DNA from: Lama guanicoe
Lineage: Eukaryota
DNA: 64,000 nucleotides
Reading direction: 5' to 3'
Assembly (NCBI GenBank): GCA_013239625.1
Contig: MU053376.1
Coordinates: 2,158,507 to 2,222,506 of the forward strand
Shown piece by piece: positions 1 through 12,121 of this stretch. The notes beneath the pieces are model-generated. The model saw only the letters and a list, made by a program, of their open reading frames with translations. It was not told the origin of the DNA and searched no databases. The translations under genes and the position numbers were made by a program. Each line of letters begins with the position of its first letter. The first letter of the stretch is position 1.

Positions 1-903
1 TAGAATGGGCTTTAGAATAAGATCCAGATCCAATCTCTGGCTCTTCCCCTTTTTAACTTGTGGCTTTGGGAAACTTTCTTAACCTCTCTGAGCTTAAGTG
101 TGAAATAGAGATAGCAGTGCCCTTTTGTCAAAGCTTTTGTGGGAGCTGTGACTCAGGGCCCTGGAGGTTCCTCCTCCTCCCCTTCTTGGTGGCTGCACAG
201 TTACAGCCTGTGTCCGGGGACACTTCCTTAGATCTCAGAGAGGAGAGGGCACCAACTTTGTGCCAGGTTGGGAAGGGCTGTATTCAGTGGGGAGGAGAGC
301 AGACGGTAGGAGAACCCTGCCCCCTGCTGGTGGCTGGCAGCAACTAGCACTTTGGGGCTTCATCCAGACTAGGCGCCAGGAAATCCAGTGGCAGGTGGGC
401 CCAGGTTTAAGTGTTGCAGGCTGCCGGATTTTGGAAAGAGATGCAGGAGGAAATCCAGTGAGCTGGCTCTCTGAGGACCTTGTTAGAGAGCCTTCCTGTT
501 CCTCTGTGGTTTGGAAGGGCAAATTAGAGAGGCTACTCCAGGCCCTGCCTCCTGGTGTGGGGACTCACCAAAGGCGATCAGCACCTGTCTGGTGGCAGGG
601 GGATTTGGGACAGGCAGCCTGAGCCTCTTGGGAGGGAAAGCCATAGTGGCCCCACGTGCAGCTGGATACCGTGGGCCTTCTCCTGGTCCAATGTGGGGGA
701 ACAGTGTCTCTGCCCCTCCAGCACTCCCGGGTGAGCAGAGGCAGGGAGGAACTCAGCGAGACAGGTAGGGGGCTGACTGGGGTGGCACTGCCATTAGGAA
801 AAGCCCCTGTGGCCCCTGGGACCTGGGGCTGTGGCCCAGAGTGCAGATAGGATCAAGCAGAACAAACCCGCCCTGACCCCACACGACCTCCCACCCCTGG
901 CAG

Positions 904-1201
904 AGTGAAGATGGCACCTACACGGGTTTCATCAAAGTGCATTTGAAACTTCAGCGGCCGGTGACTGTGCCGGCCGGGATCCGGCCCCAGTCCATCTATG
1001 ACGCCATCAAGGAAGTGAACCTGGCAGCCACCACGGACAAGCGGACATCCTTCTACCTGCCGCTGGATGCCATTAAGCAGCTGCACATCAGCAGCACCAC
1101 CACGGTCAGCGAGGTCATCCAGGGGCTGCTCAAGAAGTTCATGGTCGTGGACAATCCCCAGAAGTTTGCACTTTTTAAGCGGATACACAAGGACGGACAA
1201 G
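904..1201 (+). CDS. RASSF5: RASSF5 (NORE1/RAPL) internal coding exon, Ras-association domain
   Basis: cag|AGT acceptor; reads SEDGTYTGFIKVHLKLQRPVTVPAGIRPQSIYDAIKEVNLAATTDKRTSFYLPLDAIKQLHISSTTTVSEVIQGLLKKFMVVDNPQKFALFKRIHKDGQ; donor G|gtagg. Upstream exons lie outside the window. Confidence 0.96.
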
Positions 1202-1650
1202 GTAGGAGAGAGCGAGCTCCCAACCAGAAACTCCCCTTCCCACCTCTCTTGGAACCGCAGTCCAGCCACCCACGTGGCATCGGGTCTGTGGAAGGACCAC
1301 ATGTGGGTTCTGCCCGCCCTTGGTGCCCCTCCCTCCACATGTGACTTCAGGAAACCACACCCTGGGCTCTCACTTCCTAATCTGGTGAATGGGACAGACC
1401 CCGCCCCACCACTCCTGCTAATCTTTTGGGGGATGATGTGAATGGAAACATGCTTCCAACTCCAGCAGACGCCAAAGATAAAGGTGGTTACCCTGTTTAT
1501 TCTCGTCAGGTTCATGTCATTAGGTTAAAAGGATGGCTGCTTTCAGTTAGAAACACCCAGCTCTGCATCTCCAGTTCTGTCCCCACCCATCCTGGGCCCC
1601 TGCCCTTCTTTTTCCGAGACCCGCGCCCAACCCCCTGTCTTGGTTTCCAG

Positions 1651-1766
1651 TATTCTTCCAGAAACTCTCCGTGGCTGACCGCCCCCTCTACCTGCGCCTA
1701 CTCGCCGGGCCCGACACGGATGTCCTCAGCTTCGTGCTCAAGGAGAATGAAACAGGAGAGGTGGAG
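1651..1766 (+). CDS. RASSF5: RASSF5 penultimate coding exon
   Basis: tttccag| acceptor, phase matches the previous exon; (V)FFQKLSVADRPLYLRLLAGPDTDVLSFVLKENETGEVE; donor |gtgggt. Confidence 0.95.
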
Positions 1767-3361
1767 GTGGGTCTGAGCCCCTTCACTTGTTGCACAAACC
1801 CAGCCTGCAGGGCACATCGGGTGGGCTCAGGGGGGCAATGGTCCTTCACCACCCAGCGTAGGTGGGGGCCACGCGCAGCAGCGCACCAGGAAAATGACTC
1901 AAGGGAGTCAAGCCGGGGTGGGGGCCGAGGCTCTGTGTTTAAGGCAGGATGGTAGGCACCCTCGGGGAGCAAGTCAGGGCCTGTGTCTGGCAAGGCCTGT
2001 GGAAAGACAGGATTTCATGTGCCTTACTTCTGAAAACTCAGGGTGGAGGGGCACTGAGAAACTCCCTGTGTTCTGGCCCAGGTTCTTTGGCTTCCGGGTG
2101 GCCTGAGGCCCAGCAAGTTCCATGCCTGGGCTCCACTGGGCATGGGTATTTTTGAGCCATTTGTCTCTCCCTGGTTCTTAAAAATGGACCTCACTCCCCC
2201 AAGGGGGTCTCACCAGAGTCTGGTCTGTGGTGTGAAGTGGGGTGAACCAGGTTGGTGCTTCCTGTGGCCTGGGGTACATGGGAGGTGGGGTCACAGAGGA
2301 ATGACCACGAGCAGGTGTGTCTCACAGAGTTTGTCACACGGCGTTCAGTGGAGGCCGGGATGTGGGAGGCAGTCTTGGGGGTCACTGTGGAGATTTGGGG
2401 GATCTGGGGGGCAGGGGTCCTGCTTCCACCAGGCAGCTCTGCCTCCACCTGCTTTATATATTGGAGCGTGTGGATGGTTTTGTTTGGGAAAAGTATTCCA
2501 CTGAAAATGTGTGAACGCTGCCCGCGCCGCGGGAAGGCTCCAGGCCTAGGGGTTTAGAGGCTTGGGACCTAGTTCTGGGTTTGCTGCTCTGAGCCCTGAC
2601 TGGTTATGCTGCCTCCCTCTGTGCTCTTCCATGTTCTCATTTATCCAACGTGAGAATTAAAACAGATAACCCTAAAGTTCCTTTGCACTCAAAGAGCTTA
2701 GGAGTTGAAACGCCTGACCCCATGGGTGCCTCAGCTCCTGGGTCAGCCTGACAGAAGTCAGACTTGCCTTCTGTCCAGAGAGGCCAGGTCCCACCGGGCA
2801 GGCCCAGGCCCGCCAGGCTCTGCAGAGCCGGGCAGGTGACGTACGATCTGCTCTGCCAGCCAAGGGAGGCAGGTACCCTACTTCCATGGAGGACAAGAAA
2901 ACAGGCTGAGGAGGGTGGAGTCTTGTGCTCAGGGTCACATGGCGGAGTCAGGCTGAAGCCCAGCCTCCCGACCCCCCAGTCCAGCTCTCCTCCAAATGCC
3001 ACCTGAGGGTCAGCATGTGGGGGGGCCTGTCCTGATCACCCCAAAGCAGACAGCTGGAGCGGGTCAACAGAGCCCCAAGCAGCTCCAGCATCACTGTTAA
3101 GATCTCAGCTGCTAGAGAGAAATTTAAGGTTATTGATCGTCCAAATTAAAACATGGCTCATGGACTAGGAACTCTTGGCCGTGAGAGTCCATGATTTGAA
3201 ATTTTGCTGCTGGTATGACATGGAAAGCCCGAGCTTTATTCGTCACATCTGCCTAGTTGGCAGTAAACCTTGTGCACGGTATGTGAAGATGAGGGTAGCA
3301 GGGCCCCTCAGGTCGTGCGACTTCTAACCTTGTCTCCTGTTCTCTTTCTCTCCCCTCACAG

Positions 3362-3514
3362 TGGGATGCCTTCTCCATCCCCGAGCTCCAGAACTTCGTA
3401 ACAATCCTGGAAAAAGAGGAGCAGGACAAAATCCAACAAGTGCAAAAGAAGTATGACAAGTTTAGGCAGAAACTGGAGGAGGCCTTAAGAGAATCCCAGG
3501 GCAAACCTGGCTAA
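3362..3514 (+). CDS. RASSF5: RASSF5 last coding exon, SARAH domain
   Basis: Branch-like ctaac, long polypyrimidine tract, cag|; WDAFSIPELQNFVTILEKEEQDKIQQVQKKYDKFRQKLEEALRESQGKPG then TAA at 3512-3514. Confidence 0.96.
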   Translation, partial: WDAFSIPELQNFVTILEKEEQDKIQQVQKKYDKFRQKLEEALRESQGKPG

Positions 3515-5790
3515 CCCGTCTGGCTTCCTCTTCTCCTGATGCCCATGGATGTATTTGTATTATTAATTATTATTTTGCAACAGACACTTTTTCTCAGGAG
3601 CCCTCTGGTGGGTGCATTTGTGCCTGCCCAGCAGTTCCAGATGTGGCATGAAATCTGATGAACATGTGTGTGCGGGGTTGGGGCCTGCCTGCCGCCACGC
3701 CGTGCCCCTCCGCACACGGCCCAGGAGCAGTGCTTGTGTGAAAGAACCACTGCGTCCTCTCGCCCGCCATCTGCAAGCCTTTCACAAACCACACAGTTGC
3801 CTCTCTCATAACCAAACTGGAACCCTTCGCACCAGCCGGCAAAGGAACAAAAAAAAAAAAGGTTTTAGAGAGAGATGTTCTTCCTCTGGCTTTCCTTCTT
3901 CAATTTCTCTCGTTTGCCATCCACAGTACCTTTATTTATGAGTCAAAAATTGTAGCATATTTCTTTAGCAAGTCTGAGCTAAACCCCTGAAAGCAGGATA
4001 ATGCTCATAAAAGGACTGTCCCCCACTGTCCCCAGGTGCCCGTTGTTCATGCTTAAGGGAAGGTCATAAAGCCACAGGTCCCAGATGCTCAGGTTAGGAC
4101 CCCCAAAGCTGAGGTTGCCTGAGAGATTTCCAGAGAAGCTGCAGCTGGCCCTGGCCCTGATCGCCCAAGAGTCGCACATGTAAACCCAAAGGCGTGTATA
4201 TATCTGTGTATGTGTGGTCCTCAGCCACATCTTCGTCGACAACTGTTTGTTTCTAAGTTACAGCCTTGAATTTAACATTGCCATCATGTTTGTGTGTTTC
4301 CACCAAAGGGAAACCAGCCATTTACCATTTTTAATGTCTGCTGAGTACAGAAATCAGGCAGTCGAAGCCAAAAAGCGTTGGAGATAAACATGTCCAAGCT
4401 GTCTGCAGCCTTCCCTGGGCTGGAGAGCCGGGGAGGCCTGGCTGCCTTGGTTTCCCCCTTGGCCTCCAGCACTGCCTCTCTCCTCCCACTGGGACTCTAG
4501 GATCTCCAGGTGCTTCCAGATGAGCTGCCGTGACTACAGTGGGGGGGAACCTCCAACTCAGCCAACTTGAAGTCCTTTGTGTTCAAAACATGGCCAGCCC
4601 GTGCGTTGCGCTCAGTGAGCCCGTGGGGCTGGCCTCCCGCTGACCTCAGTGCCTTTTTGTTTTCAGAGAGGGACCAGGAGCAGGGCACGTTTGCTTGAAG
4701 CTCTGCTGCTGGCTTGCACCTGCCAGGAAGTGGACCGTGGCAGTGTGGGAGACAGGACCAGGAGAGCCATCCCTCCAAGTGGGGGACAAGGGTCGCAGGC
4801 CTCCTGAGGTCCAGCCGCCTGGACAGGGCGGATCAGGTTCCCGACTCTACAATTGTCCTGCCTCCTTGTTTAGGTTCAGCTTAAACTAGCCAAACAATTG
4901 CAGCCAGGACTGCAGACACACTCCAGTGCAGAGGGAGCTTGCAGCAAATAGCCAGGACTGCAGGGACACCCCAGTGCAGAGGGAGCAGGACTTTCAAAGC
5001 AGGGCCGGTTTTCCGATCCAGCCTCTGAGAGACCATTTCTTTGCTGTCCTCTGCCTTCCCAAGTCCCTCTTGGGTTGGTTGGAGCCCATGCTTCTTCGCG
5101 TAGAGCCTCAGGAGTTCCCTCCCTGACCCTCGCTGAATCCACACTGCCCCTGATCCCAGAAGGAACGCAGACCCCTTGTCGTATAAGCTGTTTAGTCTTC
5201 AGAGCTGCAAGAACAGGACAAGCTAGGCAGCTGAAAAATATTTTTTACATCATAAAAACCCTGGTTATCTGCCATCTCCTGCTCAGCCTTATCACTTCTC
5301 TCCCTTAAAAAAAAGCCTCTCTCCCCGCTGTATATTGACGGGGGTGGGCGAGAGTCCCCTCTCCTTCACGCTGCATGTCTTTAACATTAGTGGACGCATG
5401 GCTCCTGCTGCAACCGCTGTGAATGCTGCTGAGAACCTCCCTCTGATGGGGCGGCTATTTTATTTTTGAGAAGGAAAGAAGTCATGTACATATATACATA
5501 AAGGCATATTGCTATATATAAAGAGATGGGGTGTTTATGAAATACAAAAATTATGAGAAAGTTGAGACTTTATCTAAAGCACACTTAGACCAGGACCCAG
5601 GCTGAGGTCCAAGTGTCCAAAACAGTAGTATGTAGGAAGTGTCCCCTCCGTCCTGGGCGGGTGGGACTGCTGGCAGTGCCTTCTATGGTTGTGTGGCCAG
5701 TGTGTAAGTGTTCTGAGGATATTTTCTTTTTAAATGTCTTTCTTATATGGGTTTAAGAAAAAAAAGTAATAAAAGCTTGTAAAAATGATT
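3515..5790 (+). other. RASSF5: RASSF5 3'UTR (about 2.3 kb)
   Basis: Follows the stop codon; AU-rich blocks; AATAAA at 5768-5773. The 3' end is inferred. Confidence 0.7.
5768..5773 (+). terminator. Polyadenylation signal AATAAA (RASSF5)
   Basis: Canonical hexamer preceded by U-rich sequence; first AATAAA I found after the RASSF5 stop. Confidence 0.7.
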
Positions 5791-8162
5791 CAGACTGGAG
5801 ACATCTTTGAATTGGGAGCTGGGGGTGGGGGACAGAGGAACACACACACTTCTTGGCTGAGTCACATTTTCCTTTTGCCAACAAATGGAGAAATGAAGGC
5901 TACTGTTCAAATAATCTTGAGAAAACCGCCCAAAGGCCTGAGCCGGGGGCTGCTGCCCAGGTGACTGCCTGTACCCCCAGAGAGTGGGCGAGGAACGGGG
6001 ACTTACTCCAGAAAGAGGACTTACTCAGGAAAGAGGAGGGGCTTTCTGGAGCTACGGGTGATTAAACACCAGGACAGGCTACTGAGTTAAGCAATGCCTC
6101 TTCTATTTCTGGAATGATTTAAAAAATTAGATAGGAATGAGTCTTTGAAAGTTTAAGATCATCTCACCTGGAGGAAGATGGCTAGATTAGATGACTAACA
6201 GTCCTTTCACTTTAGCTCTGACTTCCATCAAAGGAACGTCTCAGTAATCATGGCAATAACCACATAAAAATTCTTAAAAAGAAACTCTTGCCTGCCTTCC
6301 TGTATTGATCACACACAGCGCAATGAATGGGGGTCCTCAGAGCTCATCCAGTCCGCTTCCCACCTCCGTCCAGCAGAGCAACACCCCGCCCAGTAGACAT
6401 TCTTGAACGTGTCCAGGAACGGGGCACGTCTGTAACACTTGTTCACCTAGACCTCCAAGAAGTGCATCTTTCGACAATTTCACCAAAACCAGAAATGAAC
6501 GAGTTTCTGCTTTCCACTGAAACTCACTAGGTTACAGTGCAGGGTTAAGTTCAAAGCCGTAAATTCGACCTTCACATAGATTATCTGGCTTGGCACACAG
6601 GAAAAAGAGTCCCTCGCACAGCCTAACTCCCCTGCCCTCGGACACGCCCCTGTGGTATTCATGAGGAGGAAGGGGAAGATGCGTCAATGCAGATGTGTCA
6701 CCGTGACTGGAAAAACCATTCGAAACACAGGTCTTGACAGCACTGTGTCACAGCAGAATTCTGGGTCAAACCACAGTGAAGAGTGGATGTTTGCTTTCCA
6801 CTCAGCCCTACCACGTACCAGCTCGGTGTCTTTAGCAGGGATTAACAAGGCAAGAACACAACCTCTGGGAGCCTCCAATCCCTCCAAGACTGTGCAAAAC
6901 AAATCACGTTCGTGAAAGAAGTTTATAAAGTACATTATCTGTATTCATATGAGGACCATATTTCATGACTACTGTGCACACTGCTCCCACAGATCAAACT
7001 CTGTCCAAAGGTTCTGTTGTGACAGAATCTCGTTTGGGGTCAGTCTCTAGAAATCCCTTTCTCAGTTCCGCATGCTCATGCCAACAGAGAAGACTGATAA
7101 AATTAAGGCGTTTACTTACAGCAAGTCACTAGTGAAAAGGCCTATAACCCAGGGCCTAATAACAAGAGACAGGGGTCTCACACACACATTTTCATTCTCA
7201 TTCCTTTCTTCCTTTCCAAGCCCCAGGTGGGGAATTTGTGAATATTGTGGACACGTTGACATTTTTCTTATCTTGGCTTAAAAAAAAAGTGAGATGAGAA
7301 AGGAAGAAAAAAAAAGGAAGTGAAGGGTAATTGTTTTTTGATGGTAGAACCCTCCACCTTCCTATCATACAAGGAGAGCTCCGGTCCTGGAATTGACTTC
7401 CACGAACTGGGCAGGGACCCCTGCAGGGGCTCTGAACCGCTCCAGCATCAAGTGATCCCGCTGTAATTGGACAAAAGCTGGTAAGCTCTTTTAGGAAAAT
7501 GATCATACAAAATCTTTCACCGCTTCATTTCACACCATTTCAGAGAAGTTCGTGGACCCTCTGAAGATCAACTGATGACCCCTTCCACCAGCCCCCAGGC
7601 GAAGAAGTTTGAAGCTAAAGAAAGCATTTGTTAGCTAAGACTCTTCACTGTAGCAAAGCCATCACCTTGCAGCCACATCACAACTTCCGGCTGTCGGTGG
7701 CAGTGCACCAACACTGGGGAGGAACCACTGTTGTACAGAAACCCATGTCCTGATGTGCTGTTTCTTATTTCCGTCCAGCTTAAATTTTGTTGCAACCTAG
7801 GGCCAACCCTCCCTTCTTTTGCCTTGATGGATGACATATAAATAACCACATAAGTAGCCCTTCAGAGATGTGAAGGAACGATTTTTGCACTAGAAGGCTG
7901 ACTAGGTGGTAAGAACAGATGAGCAGGAGGCTGTTGAATATTCGGCAGAGGCACTTTCAAAACAGGAAGGTCCCACCTCCTGGAACTTTGGATGGGCTGT
8001 TGGGCCTTGAAAGCAGAGGACGAACTAAAACTACGGAAACCTCGTGACGGGAAAGCAGCCTCTGGTGTCCATTTAAAGTGGCTTCGGACCTGAAAACTTA
8101 GTACCACATTTTAGCCAAGGGGAGGAAACAAGAGGATCATCTGATTTAGATCAGAATAAAGA

Positions 8163-8196
8163 TTTATTTGGGTAAAGAATTATAATTCTTTTTATT
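8163..8196 (-). terminator. Two polyadenylation signals for EIF2D (AATAAA on - strand at 8191-8196 and 8163-8168)
   Basis: TTTATT on the + strand 83 and 111 nt past the EIF2D stop. Confidence 0.75.
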
Positions 8197-8278
8197 TGCA
8201 AAAGCTGAAAATACTCATAGAAATTACCAGCCCCGAGCTTGGGTTGCCGCCGGCTCGACCGCATGAGACAAGAGTCTG

Positions 8279-8349
8279 TCACTTCTTCCTGCCAGGTTTA
8301 GGGGCCTTTTCCAGGCCCTGGATGTGTTTTCGAGGAAGCTGATACTCTT
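8279..8349 (-). CDS. EIF2D: EIF2D exon 15 (last coding exon)
   Basis: tag| acceptor; (E)EYQLPRKHIQGLEKAPKPGRKK then TGA; 71 nt. Confidence 0.95.
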
Positions 8350-8869
8350 CTACAATCCAAAAGGCAGAAACTCCTCAGTGAGGCCAGTGCCTGCTCCCCT
8401 CCTGCCCCCTCGCCGCTTCCCCTTTGTCTCACGGCGACCCTCCCTCCTCAGTGCCTCCGACCCCCACGGTCCCCAGTCTGCAGAGCCACCTCCTGGCCCT
8501 CTCGCCCCACCAGGAGCTCATTCCTGCTGTCAAGTTCAAACAGCTTCCATCACATGACCGGCTCTCTACATCCAGCTCAAACTCAGCTCCTACGGGAAGC
8601 CTCCTGGGATGGACTGTTTATCCCTACACCTTGAGGCTGAAGTGTGTATTTCAGAAATTTCCACGTTGATAGCTACTTTCCAGGCGTACTTTAGCCCCTG
8701 TAATTTTCTCCCGAGAGAGTATGTGTGTCTGAGTTCAGTCATGTGTTGATCTTATTTTCCTCTGGATTTCTTCTTAGTACCTCATGTGGGGTTCTTCACT
8801 TAAAGGGGTCAACTCTAAAAGGTAGCTGCTGGGTACAGCCTTAGACTATGAAATAAATTTGTTTATTGA

Positions 8870-9430
8870 ATATTTGCTATGTGCCAGGCCCTGGGTATGA
8901 AAAAAGGATGAAAAAGGGAATTAGATCTCTGAGTCAAGATGCTCAGTCTAACAGGGAGTTCAGACAACAGAACCAATTAGCCAAGTTACAGACAGTAATC
9001 AGAAATGTAAACACAACTGGAAAGTGGTATGTTAGCAGTTTTAAATGTGAACTTAAGGAAACAGAAAAAAAAAGAGAGAGAGAGAGACATGTAAGACAGG
9101 CTTCCTGTGACCCTTGAGCTGGGCCAAGGAGCCTTTAAGGTCAGGCTGTGGGAGGGCACGGGAGGTGAGGGGGCGACACAGAGAAAAGCACCCATGTGTG
9201 AACTGCGGGTGCACATGGGAAACAGCCCGGAGGCCAGCACGGCTGAGGCCTGGCGTGGGGACCAGGGACCTGCCGGGGAGCCTGCGTGGAAGACTGGGGT
9301 TGGACTGGGACGGTCTTGTTTACTGAGCTTAAGAGTTTATTCTGAAGGCATTGAAGAGACATAAAAAGTTTTTAGAGAGGAGTGATGTGATCACACCTGT
9401 TTTAGAAAGCTGACTCAGGTAGCTTGAACC
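8870..9430 (-). mobile_element. L2 fragment
   Basis: tttattgaatatttgctatgtgccaggc... and aagttttt agagaggagtgatgtgatc. Confidence 0.55.
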
Positions 9431-9464
9431 AAGGACAAAATGCAGGCTGGGTGACTCAGGACTG

Positions 9465-9680
9465 GTAGAAAGAACCTCGGCTGTGGAGTCTGACAGAGTC
9501 ACGAAGTTCAGAGCCCAGCTGCACGTTCAATAGTTGAATGCTGCAGCACAAAGCACTGAATCTCAGTTCCCTCATCTGCAAAACAGAAGCTGTTCCACGG
9601 CCTCATTATAATTAAGAGAGATCAAGCCTGCAAAAAGCCCAGCAGCGTCTAACGCGGTCTGGGTGCTCAGCAGACGTTTC
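9465..9680 (+). mobile_element. MIR
   Basis: tctcagttccctcatctgcaaaac core. Confidence 0.6.
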
Positions 9681-9909
9681 CTAGAAAGGGAAAACCAGGG
9701 AGAAAACTACTCTACCAGTAAGGCGGGGAGAACGCTGAATTTGCGGGGCCAACGGATCTGGTTTGCACGTTAGCTCCACCTCTTGCTGGCCGCTAAAAAC
9801 TATATGGACCACATGTTTACATGGGAAACTCACTGGAGTGAGTTTAGTTGGTGGGAAGATTTTTGCCAAGTTAGACGGTGGTCTCTGCTCCTCCAGAGGA
9901 GACGCTTAC

Positions 9910-10084
9910 CGAGCAACAGCCGGCCCAGGTGGTGGACCTGGTTTCCCTGGATCTGGACCTGCAGGCTGTCCTTGGCCCCAGGGGCAGGGGTGACGGTGGT
10001 GCTGGCTTGGCATCGCTGCTGGAGAATGGCAGCCACTGAGCATGGATCCAGACCATAGGCCTCCAAATTCCGGACCACGGTCAC
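9910..10084 (-). CDS. EIF2D: EIF2D exon 14 (SUI1 domain)
   Basis: cag|VTVVRNLEAYGLDPCSVAAILQQRCQASTTVTPAPGAKDSLQVQIQGNQVHHLGRLLL|gtaagc; 175 nt. Confidence 0.95.
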
Positions 10085-10261
10085 CTGTGGGGACAGAAGA
10101 CTGATGGTGGGTACAAAACATATGCCCTCCCCTCCAGAAGCCTTCTGGGCCTTCAGCAGCCTCCTCACCCGCTACGTTCACTATCCCTGCCATCATGGTA
10201 TCCTTTCATCCAAATAATTAATTTTTGTGCTTCTAGATTGATTCTTCTACCCCATCCAGTA

Positions 10262-10632
10262 CAGGCGTACCTCAGAGATACTGTGGGTTTGGTTCCAGAC
10301 CCATCATACTAAAGTGAATATCACAATGAAGTGAGCCACATGGATTTTTTTAGTTTCCCATTGCAAATGAAAGTTACGTTCTTCTAACTTTTATGTTAAA
10401 CAGTCTTTTAACACCATACTGTTAAGTGTGAAATGACGTATGCCTTAGAAAACAAAGTACATACCTCAATTAAAAAATACTTTATTGCAAAAAAATGCTA
10501 CTTGTCACCTGAGCGTTCAGTGAGTTGTAATCTTTTTCATAATAGTAACATCAGAGAACAACAAGGACCTACTGTACAGCACAGGGAACTATATTCAATT
10601 TCTTGTAATAACGTATAACGGAAAAGAATCTA

Positions 10633-10670
<38 letters not shown>

Positions 10671-10969
10671 CACACGTATGTATAACTTTGCTGTACACCT
10701 GAAACACTGTAAATCAACTATACCGCAATAAAAAATTTTTTTAATAGTAACATCAAAGATCGCTGACCACAGATCATCACAATAAATGTAACAACAATGA
10801 AAAAGTTTGAAATACTGCAAGAATTACCAAAATGTGACACAAATATGTGAAGAGAGCAGGCGCTGTTGGGAAAATGGTGCCAACAGACTTGCTTGACGCA
10901 GGTTGCCACAAACCTTCAATTTGGAAAAAATCCAGTCTCTGCGAAGCACAATAAAACAAGGTGTGCCTG
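10262..10969 (-). mobile_element. Internally deleted Tigger1-type (TcMar-Tigger) DNA transposon
   Basis: TIRs CAGGCGTACCTC / CAGGCACACCTT; TA duplication at 10260-10261 and 10970-10971; Tigger1-like terminal sequence. Confidence 0.85.
10554..10741 (+). mobile_element. 5'-truncated L1 3' end (artiodactyl-type) nested in Tigger1, with (CA)n
   Basis: ctgtacagcacagggaactatattcaa...gctgtacacctgaaac...aataaaaa; 14-bp TSD taatagtaacatca at 10540-10553 and 10742-10755. Confidence 0.88.
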
Positions 10970-11029
10970 TATATGTTATATATTTAGTGAGATAGATACT
11001 GTATCTCATATATAGCATATTTTTTAAGT

Positions 11030-11290
11030 TTTTTTTTTATTATGGAGAATTTAAAACATAAATAAAAGTAGAACAGAATAATGAGCTCCCACGTACCCAC
11101 CGCCAGTTCCAACAATTACCAACTCATGACCAACCGTGACCCATCCCTGCCCCCCTCCACTCCCCACTCCTGTATTACTTTATAGCAAACCCTCCTAGAC
11201 GTCAGATCATTTCATCCACACATGTTCAGTATGGCTCTCCAAAAGATAAGGGCTCTTTATAACAGAAAGACAAAACCATCATCACACAAA
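11030..11290 (-). mobile_element. Ancient L1M 3' fragment
   Basis: ttattatggagaatttaaaacata...aatgagctcccacgtacccacc...atcatttcatcc. Confidence 0.55.
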
Positions 11291-11349
11291 GTTACACATT
11301 CAAGACACAGTGGCTACTGCTAATCATTATTAAGGTTATCATTCTTGGT

Positions 11350-11580
11350 TCTCATTTATTGACTGTTTATATGCCAAGTACTATTCTGAGTGCTTCCCCT
11401 ACATATATTCTGTCATCTGATTCTCACACTGCCTTATGAGGTAAGTATTAACAACCATTCTTCACATAAGGAAACTCAGGGAAAGAGACACTAAGTGACT
11501 TCCTCAAAGTCAAGCAGCAAAGCAAAGGCCACATTTGAACCCAGGTCCAATCCTAACGCCCACGCTCACAACCACACACT
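11350..11580 (-). mobile_element. MIR
   Basis: ccttatgaggtaagtatta...aaggaaactcagg...ctaagtgacttcctcaaagtca...atttgaacccagg. Confidence 0.65.
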
Positions 11581-12121
11581 ACTAGGAAGTTCTTTATTTT
11601 GAGCCCGAGGCTGTCTTCTTAGGATTTCTACCCAATAATCTTATTTCTGTCTTCTCAAGGCACACAGAATAAGTACGCTCCCTTTCCCAAGGCCAGCTTT
11701 TCACATACTTGAGGACACATGTAATTTCTTCCCTATGACTTTGTGTTGCCAAGCCAAACGCGCTCAGCTCCTTCACCATTCTTTACCGGTTGTTTTCATT
11801 GAGCAAGGCCCAAGATGGAACAGAATGAGCACGAGCTGAAAGCTCAGACCATAGTTCTAAGAAAAAAATAAAAACACGATCTTGTTTACTTTTGGAACCA
11901 GGCTCTAGCAAGTTTCCTAGCACAAAATCCTAGAGGGCAGTGAGGGAGGGGTCGGCTTTACCTGTCTGACACAGGGCCCAGTCACACAAACATGGGTGTT
12001 TCAGAAACAACCTTTGCGGTGTCTGAGGCCAATCTAAAAACCTCCAGTCACATTAGAGAAACCAGAACTTAGCAGGGACATGAAATCACCAACTTCAAAC
12101 ATTGTGTCTCTTAAAAATTAC

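Noticed and set aside
853..1515. 220-aa ORF antisense to the RASSF5 exon
   Set aside because: Shadow frame of a real GC-rich coding exon.
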